From Monocercomonoides exilis PA203 (taxonomy: Eukaryota; Protista; Preaxostyla), in the NCBI GenBank assembly GCA_001643675.2, contig LSRY02000002.1:620001-684000 (forward strand): 64,000 nt of DNA, written 5' to 3'. The notes below the pieces were generated by a model. The model saw nothing but the letters and a program-made list of their open reading frames with translations. It was not told the DNA's origin and searched no databases. The position numbers were made by a program, and so were the translations under genes. Of the stretch, positions 11,501 through 20,322 are shown one piece after another; the first letter of the stretch is position 1, and each line of letters opens with the position of its first letter.

Positions 11501-12578
11501 TGATAATTATGATGTACCTTTTTCAACTTCATTGTGGTTACTCCAAAATAATTGTGAAGTGCATAGTGCATTGAGCGAAGATATTCCGTCGCTGTATTTC
11601 GTTCCTTTAATAACCCAAGCTTCTTATTCTACAAACCCTGCTGATTCGTCTTCCTATAAGTTGATGGTGAATGGTTCATCATTTTTCCCTTGCGGCATTC
11701 GTGTTGCTTTGAGATGTGGAAATGATTCTCCTGAAAATTGGGTGAATATATCATCTTTCGCTTTGGATAATGAGAATACTATCACCGCATCCATTTCCCC
11801 TGCACAATTCAAATGTAAACTTCAACATCTTAAAAAGTCATCAGAAAAGAATACGCCAACTCTTTCGGTTGCGTTAATATATCCAACTTCGCTATTAATG
11901 GATACTGTGCAAAAGTTGCCATCTACATTGTCGAGTTCAACATCAAAATATGATTCAGACTTTTCTCAAATTGATTTTCTGGTCACTCCATTTGTGCCTC
12001 TTTCAACTTCGCTTACGAAATCGTTTCCATGGTATTTTGTTGTAATTCCTGTTGGATCGATTACTTTCATTGTAATCATCATTGCGACTATTGTGGCTAT
12101 TGTGCGATGGAAGCGAAGAAGCGATGAAGAAACTGATCAAATTGTGACGCTTGGTTCAGAGGCTCTGTTTGATGTAAAAGAGGTAACGCACAAGGAGCTA
12201 CGCAAAATGAATCGAAAGAAACTGAAAAAGTTGCCAAATCTGATAACATCGGAATCGTCTACTGTCACATCTTCATCTTATTCTTCATCAGAAGAGTCTT
12301 ATTCTACAATTGATTCGGCCGATAGTGAGCATTTGCAATCATCAGATGAAGGAAACTTTTCAGAAGAAGTGGACGAAAATGAATTAGGATTCAAAGAGAA
12401 AAAAGCACAAGATATTTCGTCACGCACTTTGGAGCAAAAAAGTTCAGGCAACTTTTTGACTCATTTTTTCAAGACAAACTTTCGATTTATGCGGAAAAAG
12501 GATCAGTACTCGTTGCTTGGATTGGATGAGCATAACTCCTGTTCCCCATATGGCTCATTTGAAACAACAATTAATTGA
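2544..12578 (+). CDS. Giant single-pass surface protein with PMP-like/parallel beta-helix repeats
   Basis: 3344-aa intronless ORF with an N-terminal signal-like segment, repeated GGAI/GGAV and FxxNxA motifs, and recurring CGxxxxPCxT motifs. A TM helix lies near the C-terminus (WYFVVIPVGSITFIVIIIATIVAIVRWKRR), followed by a short Ser/acidic tail. Confidence 0.85.
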   Translation: MNLLSCLIFALICLPKYVLLNVNESNNEERCFINGNSQKRSDQLKNLDCVYSVTQHTPHSQNSFFFSNLLSTLQKNSTFHSFLHYNSFLSSTFYSANSSLLFTSISFIQMQRNCTLFINNNSVLEIKSCFVYQLQSAVVSQFYSIGGQFLLNNMSFHSSDTFQCTSPLINSSYTHLQSSFHSKLSIESSQFTSLNCPSSSFLYLPSLRFLHISSCKFCNFSSTAPTLHESFHYISCQSILSGNEFSSVENIFGGSIFCGFHEFSEFISFNCSYFKLANFRGREENEIFTKQIVITPSSDISFSFDTFSSCCTNNSKGTDSTDPTCSGGAIYARGLKRFDLKIDSCSFKLCQSGAHGGAVYSSGTRRMMISNSNFTDCYANNGEGGAVYSGHNEIHECVNSSNIKNCTSKHKGGGIVMDVIRYELIVKTERMVCGHNQFVNCSSLSGCGGSAVITGFGLCSYVVGCSFFYSRAETFGGALFLQIPSDQTFDYTVSKCFFHKNIACNGKGYDCYFVDLSKLFKDKSCISGSFSTTDSPNRVWWDGGDESCECGGWINHGVTVLYVDEKQGIDDIGCGFPTNFGKPCKTLQFSIEAPSHWNTNQIDVSSGTYEETSCIFIESLYLNIVGSDNEKPIIIPKFDKVQEAIFYITDSRFILSKIDIIHTRSDTPIFKFFGESPNIILTVVNCSIKPETKAIVMNVPLFDLSVHRSRVSLCNITVSNFHCDGVPVILVKPTIDIGVSKLRSKSNEHFPTDHKSILHRMNLAEQYSKFSADGPFESDQNIGLALVNSNFTSIITTGGCPCVLVTELSVVEETHILLCQFKSCYATDSKGGACRIEMQKSQKMKISNSTFNFCCTLSDEQSSHEAKPQLNANSTAISQLKTNENVNKGGGLFCMLMEKANDFIFNNVSFTGNGAKVGRDLYFLCMNIVETVTFENFLNIFFPTFFSYNSMMGFDSRSLTDISLFDILKLQSNDIYVSDEGIAADWFLCGNDDMPCKTLSVGIEHINFGNNSHCIIKNNALLGDPFIISSTTISSATEQFANVRIRNDKDVIDDLIYILNNGTNTFVRILFDVTSTISNAATIFCSKRLHDDVQNQSLKLDDCDVLVSAVYFSDINYFLFKIEEGDLVLLNTSIEVNSPFGYALLTRPLFLFYDQCSLIEFNEVTISSFHFKNDPALKLLEEPKEETATILSGLHSSTQVPPNDGNVELNVRFHDSNISDIETSGNCPAFVDFKVFRKKSFMIVRNVDLSRCVSAQSNEGGAMRFDFPNEGRHNLYFFDHSNVYHCECSKENGKGGGIFIRLRSKQSMTVMFVPRFRGNDAFVGRDLYLSQANLLKTNTEFHFANDSGLFNDEQNSMIFEDIETKTLGDLLELLAYKSRILYVSGLILPDQNARNWVNCGSEKYPCFSIDYCVKHRSEETELQIVLMGPSLFEQPADLSSTILLSKDEKKEISFEGYPINESYTYIVSTALLTFTNITFLLPTVNVSRLVSLISFFDGQVIIMNSNFCHSDKAPKCSVDYSLVTVLSGIVTVENVSIDIGQGIMGSPLFHLSVSISRFECIFVSVQNVKLQQAPAIKFSKFNNLNSVICSSSSSFKHKSNSVLNISCQNCIFSNIKTNRSYSSVFYYEDSLFVDVTFSNTTFNYCVSDGFSTGGAIHFSFNPLSSIFVGNCTASGCSAVPGVGHRTFSYGSNFHAQSNNSGNVLASYRSANYETLGGWMYLSLCSNKTHQKSSDLSSSSAYVSSAVSSDLRIEFIGDIFTNNKATRGRDLFLVVDSIKDSVNPSQFTLDFDSENFKKSNALIGSDDKNFYVDLLDYVYMYRAENLYFSNQGSDSTQCGSIQKPCKSFHLLALHRLPDRNAIVHFQGNVFIDRCLNVTDTNIVPGFNELQSNLSLSRSFYSSKDSVLSIAGSFTITSMWITSQGSSFSEYCTFFKGFECEMIFYKIGFDIIDIMKNPLICVQKGSLTIFNSNISCMSWRTCSAIVIDESSIDINLLSKSIDVKEGLFFDIRSSNSATEGEQSMFTWKITNSSFVNCSFDPPREQKRCIGAIGLMKVNEKSNAKDDIIQMFLHNNTLKDIHSSSSLRGGAIFFGLAEPLWSISVDSSTFDNCKVEKGNGGGCYVDINHSSNPHFSFQDVIFTNNKAKYGHSMFFRFALLETQVVKMKMHLYTNLKNFYRENSIVGIDPSKSSPILLLPYFDRVEFQRRVVSEQGNNTKCAKNDEPCRTFKAAIDTLLPSDDSVVLIDGDISVTEVCTIIKGTIKSQNNTTESGKLIFQQVKELGKSKAVIILRGNVLFSSLTFAAQLIDKEIKLEKIFECEAGMCIFNNCTVPTISLLNASFIVAGGERFLLQNCIFEHVQSLSHFFRLANGTLELENCDFSSFAIQNSVIQIDGPFFLKISKSKFNLFNCINGIINNNCYSLSNKKSMIQLYATNVTNSKNVVDSTAFFESCSPLWAMIIYDCYFSNIQAFTSSFGGSIRSMFGPKSYFYANDSSFIESSAHPVSGRGGWLYVNFSHDCPSYDIVFKIDGGIIAQNNAAYGLDIFMCYEKGTNNISSCSFTLNFKNSFLNHSNSICGCDWRDTTIIENLYDYFVFYSDRIAYVSSSGDDSRGCGSSEMCCKTIATALCHVLPEKEDCQVTIIDSALLNVGCGICDITITASKDTVGCDIFVDFDNNLSSSCAIVCEGSSRLANINFCIINIPIISSFKLIKARNDSLIIFNVGVEVPQNKFVNDILLGMTLVYVGGGSVQISQMHLANLNFFSNPIQISNFEQFVIAESTFVDISIKSSSFITFLNESSFDQKSLLINSTNFTRVNAIDNQPSVLSSTVGLIFNICDSFFISCNANDRKGSAMEFHNSVSISIAGCTFIGSLMLNSASSSLSFLPYPQELSAGQYFEEEEYASCGWSHSLVYIFNAKCSCTNTRFLFSERGALAVSESNLNITNCTFAGNSALDNDFPHIRHNILCESHSEIQLSSLSSGDGTHNKVDNYDVPFSTSLWLLQNNCEVHSALSEDIPSLYFVPLITQASYSTNPADSSSYKLMVNGSSFFPCGIRVALRCGNDSPENWVNISSFALDNENTITASISPAQFKCKLQHLKKSSEKNTPTLSVALIYPTSLLMDTVQKLPSTLSSSTSKYDSDFSQIDFLVTPFVPLSTSLTKSFPWYFVVIPVGSITFIVIIIATIVAIVRWKRRSDEETDQIVTLGSEALFDVKEVTHKELRKMNRKKLKKLPNLITSESSTVTSSSYSSSEESYSTIDSADSEHLQSSDEGNFSEEVDENELGFKEKKAQDISSRTLEQKSSGNFLTHFFKTNFRFMRKKDQYSLLGLDEHNSCSPYGSFETTIN

Positions 12579-13213
12579 ACAAAAAAAAAAGTGAAATAAA
12601 TAGAAAGTGCATATACGATCTGGGACGAATTTTCAGAGTTCTTTTATTTTTCAATTCTTTGAAAAATAATAAATCTTTTTTTCTTTCCGTAATTCTTCTA
12701 GAAAAAAAAATTAAAAAAAAATTATGTATTTTGTATGCATTTTTTCGTTGCCAATATAAGTTTTAAGATTTTCGTTGTTGTGATAAATTTTTTACTGCAT
12801 TTTTTAAGTTTTTTTATATCTCTTTAATGTTAAATGAACATATTCCTTTTTTTAAGTTGATTCTTATTTTTCAATTTCATCACACAAAGGAAAGATAAAA
12901 CATTTTCGAGAATGATATGAAAAAATATTGAAAGAAAAGATTTTGCTCTCAACATTTTTGTGTTGGATTGTCATCCTGTAACTGTCATTATTAACCAATA
13001 TCAAAATTTGTTCTGTAAACAACATATGACTTAAACTGAATAAAAACATCTAATTTGCTTTTTCTGTTTTCTGAAAGGAGGCAAAATGTGACATCAATCG
13101 CATTTTTTAAGATATTATTTATTCAGATTACAAGTTATGTTCAAAAAGCAAAAATATGTGAAAGTTCATAAACTTAAAAATGTAATAATTTCAATCCGCA
13201 ATTTATAATAGCT

Positions 13214-14275
13214 TTAATCTTTCTTCTTTTCTTCTTCCTTCTTTTCTTCCTTTTCGTCTTCTTCCATTTTCGCTTTTTCTTTTTCTATCAATTCTTTCAG
13301 GTCATCTGGATCAGTGTTGGTCAACGCAATGAGTGAAAATCCCATTTTATCGTTAGACTCTTCGATCATCTTCTTCACAACGTTTGCTGTTCCTTTTAGC
13401 AAGTTTTCAGGAGAGCATGGCCCATGATCTTTTGATTATTCAGTTGACATTAATTCATAAAAATTGTTACAGTTATTGAAAATCACCAACTTTAATTTAG
13501 GAGTTCAAATATTTCATCATACCAACTGGTCTCGGTTTAATTCCGTCAAGTTCAATAAGTCTTCCTTTCTTCTCAATAAACGCAATAAAATGATAATCCA
13601 CGTGAGCATCTTCTGGAGGACATTCGGATTGACCCTAGCCAATAACAATAAAAAGAAAAATATTACTTATAAAATTCCTCTTTTGAACAACCTCATGGGC
13701 AGCTCCAAGATGAGCTTGCTCTAATTCTTGTTCACCCATCACTGCTTTCCCTCTTTCAGCAGATGACATTGAACGAGTTTGTTCATAAAAGCGTGGAAAG
13801 AATGAATTTGGCTCTATTGAAGTTCAAAAATGTTTTGATTATCAATCTGAAAAAAATATACACACTAAATCTAATCTTATCTCCAATGTTCCCAAATGAG
13901 TTCATGATGGCAATTGTGCCGCATGCTAAGCATAAAGTTTTCATTGAATGAAAATTTTTGAAACAATATTTCTCCAACCATTTCCAATTGCAGGATCTTG
14001 ATCAACAAAATAAATAGAATCATCTTTTGAAAGAGTTGATTCATCAAAATCAGTTTTCTCATGAGGAAATAAAACATATATTGCATGCACTGGTTGGGGA
14101 ATCATTTCCAACAACTGAAAAAAGAAAAGCACAAATTGAAATATTGCCATAAAACAGCACAAACGTCATCGTCAAGTCCATAAATATCAGCAAATGTGTG
14201 TTCAATGCTCAAGCCAAGAGCACGTGTGTAAGCATTAAGAACATCGGGATTGGATTCAAGAGGAAGCCAACGCAT
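13214..14275 (-). CDS. UCHL3: Ubiquitin C-terminal hydrolase, peptidase C12 (UCH-L3-like), 6 exons
   Basis: Starts MRWLPLESNPDV. Spliced motifs are IGN|ACGTIA (catalytic Cys), DYHFIAF (His) and IELDG (Asp). Introns: 14115-14164, 13926-13978, ~13815-13864, ~13635-13692, 13429-13522. Confidence 0.92.
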
Positions 14276-14468
14276 TGATATTATTTCAATTATTTTTTTG
14301 GGAATGATTGATCGAAATTCCATTCCCCTTTGTAAAAATACTATATTTTACAAAAATAATAAAACATATTCTAATCTAAATAATGAAATAAAATGAACGA
14401 TGTGCATTTATAAAAGGAAGCAAAAATTGCAGAAACGAAAATTTAAGAACATTCAATATTCAGTAGAT

Positions 14469-17400
14469 TTATTCCCACACAAAATGCTGCTTAGGTCTTG
14501 CCTCTGCCAAAGCGTTGATTGTTTCGTCATTCGAAGAGACACCACAATCCGAAAGACCAATGATTTGCACGTTTTGGCACACCCGAAGTAAATGAGCGAC
14601 AGAGCTTGCCTCGGCAGCAGAAGCTCCGCTAAGATTGACAACTGAAAGGGCAGGGCAGCAAAGAGCAGCAGCATCAACAGCGATTGTGTGCCGTATGCGT
14701 GTCAGATTAAGCGACAAGACAGACGACGCAAGGCCCAGCCCAGCTTGCGTGGCGAGCGGTGAAGGAAGTGCCAGTGAAGAGATGGATGACGTGGTTGAAG
14801 CTGAAGGTGCAAATGACACAGAAAGAGACGAGCGAAGGTTCGAAGCGGAAGAAAAACGAAGCGATGAGGAATGAGATGATTTGGATTTGGTGCTGAATGG
14901 AAGCCAGGGAAGAAGAGGAGCCAAAGACGGGTGAGAAAATGAATCGATATTGTGAGCAGAAAACGGAACATTGCCGGCAGATGCAGAAGACATCGTGTTT
15001 GAGAGAGAAAGAGTTGATACAGAAGAAAACGTGACTCGAGAGGAAGTGCCCACAGAAGAATGAGCGGAAGGATACGAGCGAAGAGGAGAAGACGCAGGCG
15101 GCTTGATGGAAGATAAAATAGATGCAAAGAGGGTTTCTGCAGTGAGTCTGTACCAGTCGGCCTCGTGTTCTGAGTAGCGAGGCACAGTTCTGGTTGCAGA
15201 AGGATTAGAAGAAGAAGATGATGATGATGATGATGTGATAGAAGTGGAAGACACCTGAACGTAGCGGACATACCAAATCAGGTCGATTGCGCGGTCGCTC
15301 AGAAGATGAAGAGCAGAGTAATTGGCCGAGTTCTTGCTCGGATTACCTCCTACAGATAATCGCTTGCCTCCCCACTCTTCTTCCTCCTCAAATTGCTCTG
15401 CCTCGCTGCTGTTGTCCATCTCCCCGCCTCCAAGTTTTTCCTCCTCTTCCTCCATAATCTTCTCAATCTCCTCATCAACATCCAAATTCCGCTCCCACAA
15501 CGCCTGCTTCTCGTTGGAATGGCAATATTTTCTGAAAAATGCGACCAGCTCACTGTGCTCCAGTGACTCCAGCCACACCGAATTCACAATCCACGAAATT
15601 ACAGGCTTCAGTTTGATTGTCAGCGACGTATGAGGGGTGCGAGAAGAAGAAGTGGTAGTAGAAGAAAGCTGATTCGAGGTTTGTGGCTGGAGAAGGGCTT
15701 CAATCCAATGTGTCAGGATGTAAAATAGAAGAGACGGACACTGAAGCGTCTCGGCTGTCGAAAGAAGAGACGACAAAGAAATTGGCAGCTCAGCAATTGA
15801 ATCTTCTGACGATGCGGGTGCCACTTCTGCTTTGATCATATCGTCAATCAGCTCAAACCGGAAAGCATCTTCGTCAAACACCTCTGACTCAATCGCAAAC
15901 TTCTTCAACACACGTGACTGGTTGTGCGCTTTGTCCCACTCTTCCTTTAAGGCCTCAAATTTCTGTGCTTGCTTGATTTGAGCGTCAACGTCACTTCCTG
16001 AATCGTTCTCGCGTTGAGCAGCTGCCTTCCGCTTTGACTTCAGCTCTTTCTCTTCTTCAACCTTCCACCAGTCATTCCACAGCGTGAGAGCTTCTTTAAT
16101 TCTGTCTGACTCTGCAGTCGCAATCTTCTTTCTTCTCTCGCCTGCTGTTCCTTGCTTCGCTTTCTGTGTCTTCGCAGCCAAAAGCGCGCTGACGAACGCC
16201 ACTGCAATCTCCAGTGCATCCGACGGCACATCGCACCAGAAGTGGCAGAATGCAGACGAAGCTGACGAAACACTTGTGCATCTTCGTGAAGAAGGAGTCG
16301 ATGGTGGAGAAAGAAAACTGTGGACTGCCCCAAACCCTCCTCCTGCCCCTGCCGTAAAAGTGCTCATGTTTGGCAGCGGCTGCACAGTAACTGACAGGAA
16401 CTCTTCAGCCGCAGCGAGCTTGCAGTGCACCTGGACGCGGTCGGACGAGAGAAGGATGCAGTCCCCTGGCTCGACCGGCTCCCACACGATTTGCTCTTCT
16501 TTGCTCTCTGCCAGGCTGTTCTCTGCTTCACTTGCAAGCGAGCGGCCAGCGGCGGTTGACGAAAGATCAGACGCAAATGACTTCACTCTTTGCAGATCGT
16601 GTGCCTCACCATTTGTGCTTATGCTGGTTTCTTTGATGTTGCTGCCTTCTCCTTCTTCGGCTGTCTTAATGATGGAAGACAACGACTCTTCAATCTTGTT
16701 GTTTATCAGTGCCTCCTTTCGCTTTGATGCAACGCCTGGATTCTCTTCTTCCTCAATTCCATCCAGAATCTGCATCATAAAGTCATTTTGCCTCCGTTTT
16801 TTCTCAAATTCACTAAGCTCTTCTTCCACTTCTTCGTTTTCGACTTGTTCTGCTCCTCCTTTCTCCTTCTCTTCCTGTTCTCTCTTCTCCTTCAGCCTCC
16901 TCATTATCTGCTCTTTCACCGCTTGCTCTCTTTCTCTTTCTTCCTTTTCTTTCTCTTCTCGCTCTTTCTCTTCTCTCTTCCTTTTCGCCTCGCTTCCTTC
17001 TCTTCTTCCCGTAAGCTCCATTTTTCGCCTTTCTCTGTTCTTGATTTTCAACTGAGCCGCCTTCAATGCAGCTTCTTGTCTGTTTTTGTCCTTCAGCATC
17101 TTCTTTTCCTCCTCTTCTGCTGCTTTCCTCTGCTCCACAATGTCCTTCGCCTTTGCCGCTGCGTCGGCAGAGAAAACTGACCAGTCTTTTCTTTTGATCG
17201 TCGACGGGGTGATGCTGCGAGTCGTGTTCGGGCGAGCGCGGTGTGTTGGAGTGTACTTCGGAATGTTTGCAGAAGGCGTCGAGAAGAAAGAGGTGGAAGG
17301 AAGAGGAGTGGAGATTGACGAAGAAGAAGAAGATGATGATGATGATGATAGTACACAGGGGGACAATGCCAAGGGATGAGAAAAGACTCCTTTTCGCGTG

Positions 17401-20174
17401 GCGGATGCTGTTTTGACTGAAAGTGGCAGTGAAAAGAGGCCAGTTGTGGATGATGCATTATGATTGCGAGAAGAGGAAATGGAAGACCGTCGAGTGAGCT
17501 TTGCTTCATTTTCCTTGTTTTCTTCTTCTTCATTCTCAAAATCGTACACAAGCGCAGGCTCTCTGTACCCTTGCTCTCTGTCGTAGTCTTCAAACATCGC
17601 ACCGTATCCTCCTTGCCCTTCCATCTCCTGCTCATCCAGCGGCTCCATCACTCCAAAGTAGTCTGGATTGTTCTCAAGTGTCTGCTCGCCTTCAGACGGG
17701 GTGTGTGGGGGAGAATAGAACGAAGCGCCGAGTGTGATTGAAGTAGACGACGGAGACAAAGGCTGTGTGGCAGACATCAGACGCTGCTGGTACAGCCGCT
17801 TCATTTCTTGCCGCTTTTGCAATTTGTAGTCGTCTTCGCTGCTTTCGCCTTCTTTGCCTTCTCTTTCTTCTCTCATTTCTTCTGCTTCTGCTTCGTTTGC
17901 AGACCTTCTCTCATTCTGTTTCCCTTTCTTGCTTAAGCCACTTTCTTCCTTCAGCTCTTTCCTTGTTTGCTCTGTTGCCTTCAGCTCCTTTTCTTTCTTC
18001 AGATAGACTTTCTCCTTCTCCTTCACTTGCGCCACTGTGCTGCAAAGTGCAGTTGCTCCTTCGTTTATGTCGCTGATTGTGTTCAGCACATCATAAAGCG
18101 TCGTGAGTGAGGTTGTCAGAACCATCCACTCTGACAGCAGTCGCCTCTCAGCCTGCTGGAAAGGAGAACAATAAGAAGATCGAGTTTCTATAGAAGAAGA
18201 AGAAGAAGAAGAAGAAGGCGAAGCGGAATCCTCTTCAGCTGACGAATTTCCTGGTCTGCACAGTGCCGGCCCAACCTCCTTCTCTCCCTCGCGGCAGCTG
18301 TGGATGAACTGAGACTCGTCAGCAATCGCCAGCGAATATCCCAAAAAGTCCACATCTCTTTCGATGGGGGGAAGCGGCAGCAGCTCCTGTGCAGCCACCA
18401 GATATTGCTCTTTCACCTGGGCGCGGCGCTCTTCTTCGGTCATCTCCTCTTTCCTAGGCTCTTCTCCAAACACCTCCTCGTTTGCTGCCACAGAGCTGTT
18501 TTCGCTGCCGTCGGCTTCTGCAAGCCGGTCGAGCTGCAGCCATCTTCTGCGCACATCCGCCTCGTCCTCGTTCTCTTCGGCTTCGTTTGCCCCTTCTGTG
18601 CCAAGCTCCTCGTCGTCCTTCATCAGCCGCATCAGCTTCTGGAACGACGGCTCGGCTGCTGAGTCTGTTGCAAGCAGCTGCTTATCTGAAGTGTCTGGCA
18701 AAGTTTCAGTTGAGCTCAGTCTGCTGGACTTGTGCCTCTTCAGTTTGGGTGCTTTATCTTTTGCTTTTGCTTTTGTGGATCCAGATGAATCTGGCTTCGG
18801 CTTCGGCTTGTGGGTGAATAGCTGGTTGAGCTCTTGCTCATCGACTTCACTTTCTGATTTCATTTCTTCTTCTTCGTTTTCTTCTGAATTTGATTTGTTT
18901 TCTTCTTCCTCCTCCTCTTCTTCTTCTTCTTCCTCTTCATCTTCTTCATTCTCGTTCTTCTCTTGATAATGTTGTTGTCTCAAACGCTCCAGCTCTTTCT
19001 CCCTTTCAAAGCTCAAAACATCTCCAATGATCGCTTCCAGAATCATTCCACAATTCAATTCTGCTTCGACTTCGTCGATTTCTCCTTCGCTTTCTCCTTC
19101 ATTTACGTTTCCGCCGACTTCATCTTCATCTTCCCTCCCTTCAAACTGATCAAATCGCTCGTCAAATTCATCTTCAATCGTTTCTTTATGTGTGATTTGT
19201 GGGGTGTGCTGTTTTTTAGTTTGTTGATCAGAAAAATCAGATGAAAGAAATTGTATTTGTATTGAGCTCATTATCTCTTCAATATCAATGTCTTGCTTAG
19301 AATCTTCCTCTTTTTCAGTTGCATCATTCTGAGCCTTCTTAGGCAAAGGATGAGTAAAAGAAGGAATCAAGCTGTTGTATTCGTTCGGAGATTGTTGAGG
19401 CATTGGTGAAATTTGTGGAGAAAGTTCAGTTGTTGGTGGTGGATGTGGCTGGGGAATATGACTGCTTGTTCGCGCAAATTCATCATCATATTCTTCGTCT
19501 TCTTCTCTTTCAAATTCTTCAACAACTTGAGTTATCTGAAGCTCTGGTTTTTCGTCTTCAAAATTTTGTTCTGTGATAAGTTGATATTCATCGTCTTGTC
19601 TCAATGGTGGAGTTGGCGTATGTGGAACTGGATCATAGCAAGCATCAGACAATTCAATTTGCTGTGAAGCTAACCGTTCAAATTCTTCCAATTTTCGTTG
19701 TTTTGAGATAACATTTGGAGCTAACTTCTGTTTTGTTGGTCGATTCTCTTCCTGTAACGAATGAACTTTACCACCTGAAACTCTCTTAGCAGCCAAGGAA
19801 TTAGCTTTTTGAGCATTTGCTATTAAAAGAGATATAAGATAACGTTAGTTTAAAAAAATTTAGTCAAAAAAACGTTGAAATGTCAAACAGCCATGCTCCT
19901 TTTCCACACAAAGGAAAGGTGCTCCGTCCAGAAGCTTTAATGAATAAAAAGAATCTTTTTGTTTAAGATGAGCCCCATTCATATCAGTCATTCCTCCAAT
20001 TTGATGAATTAATTCGTACTTCGTTTTTAAATCTCGAAGTGTTATTCCAAGTTTCAATGCAATTTGTTCTAAAAATGGATCCGAAAGAAAAGGTTGGTGG
20101 GGGTTTATTACATTAATTTTTATTGGATGCTTTGGCTTCTGGTTTAAAGGAACAACCCTAAGTTTAACCCACAT
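14469..20174 (-). CDS. Large protein: N-terminal ubiquitin-like domain, acidic/coiled-coil region, possible BTB/Skp1-like segment, C-terminal LRRs (2 exons)
   Basis: ORF 19860..20174 joins ORF 14469..19796 in frame through intron 19820-19888 (donor GTTTGA, CTAAC branch site, TAG acceptor). Exon 1 resembles a beta-grasp fold (GAHLKQKDSFYSLKLLDGAPFLCV). The C-terminus has AMN1-like LRRs (CPALSVVNLSGA, CQNVQIIGLSDCG). Confidence 0.7.
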
Positions 20175-20322
20175 TTTGATGAATAATTTTATAATGGTTA
20201 AGAAAATTCTGAATGAGAAAAATAAAATTCTTTTTATATCAATGCAAGGTTGAATATTGAGGTGAACAAAAAAGAATTTTAAAATTTTTCAAAAATTTGT
20301 TATATTTTTAGGATCTTTTGAA

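Noticed and set aside
13429-13522. UCH intron 5 begins GTATGATGA (C-box-like) and has CTGA near its 3' end
   Set aside because: The motifs coincide with the donor consensus and the branch-site position. No terminal stem or rRNA-complementary guide was recognised.
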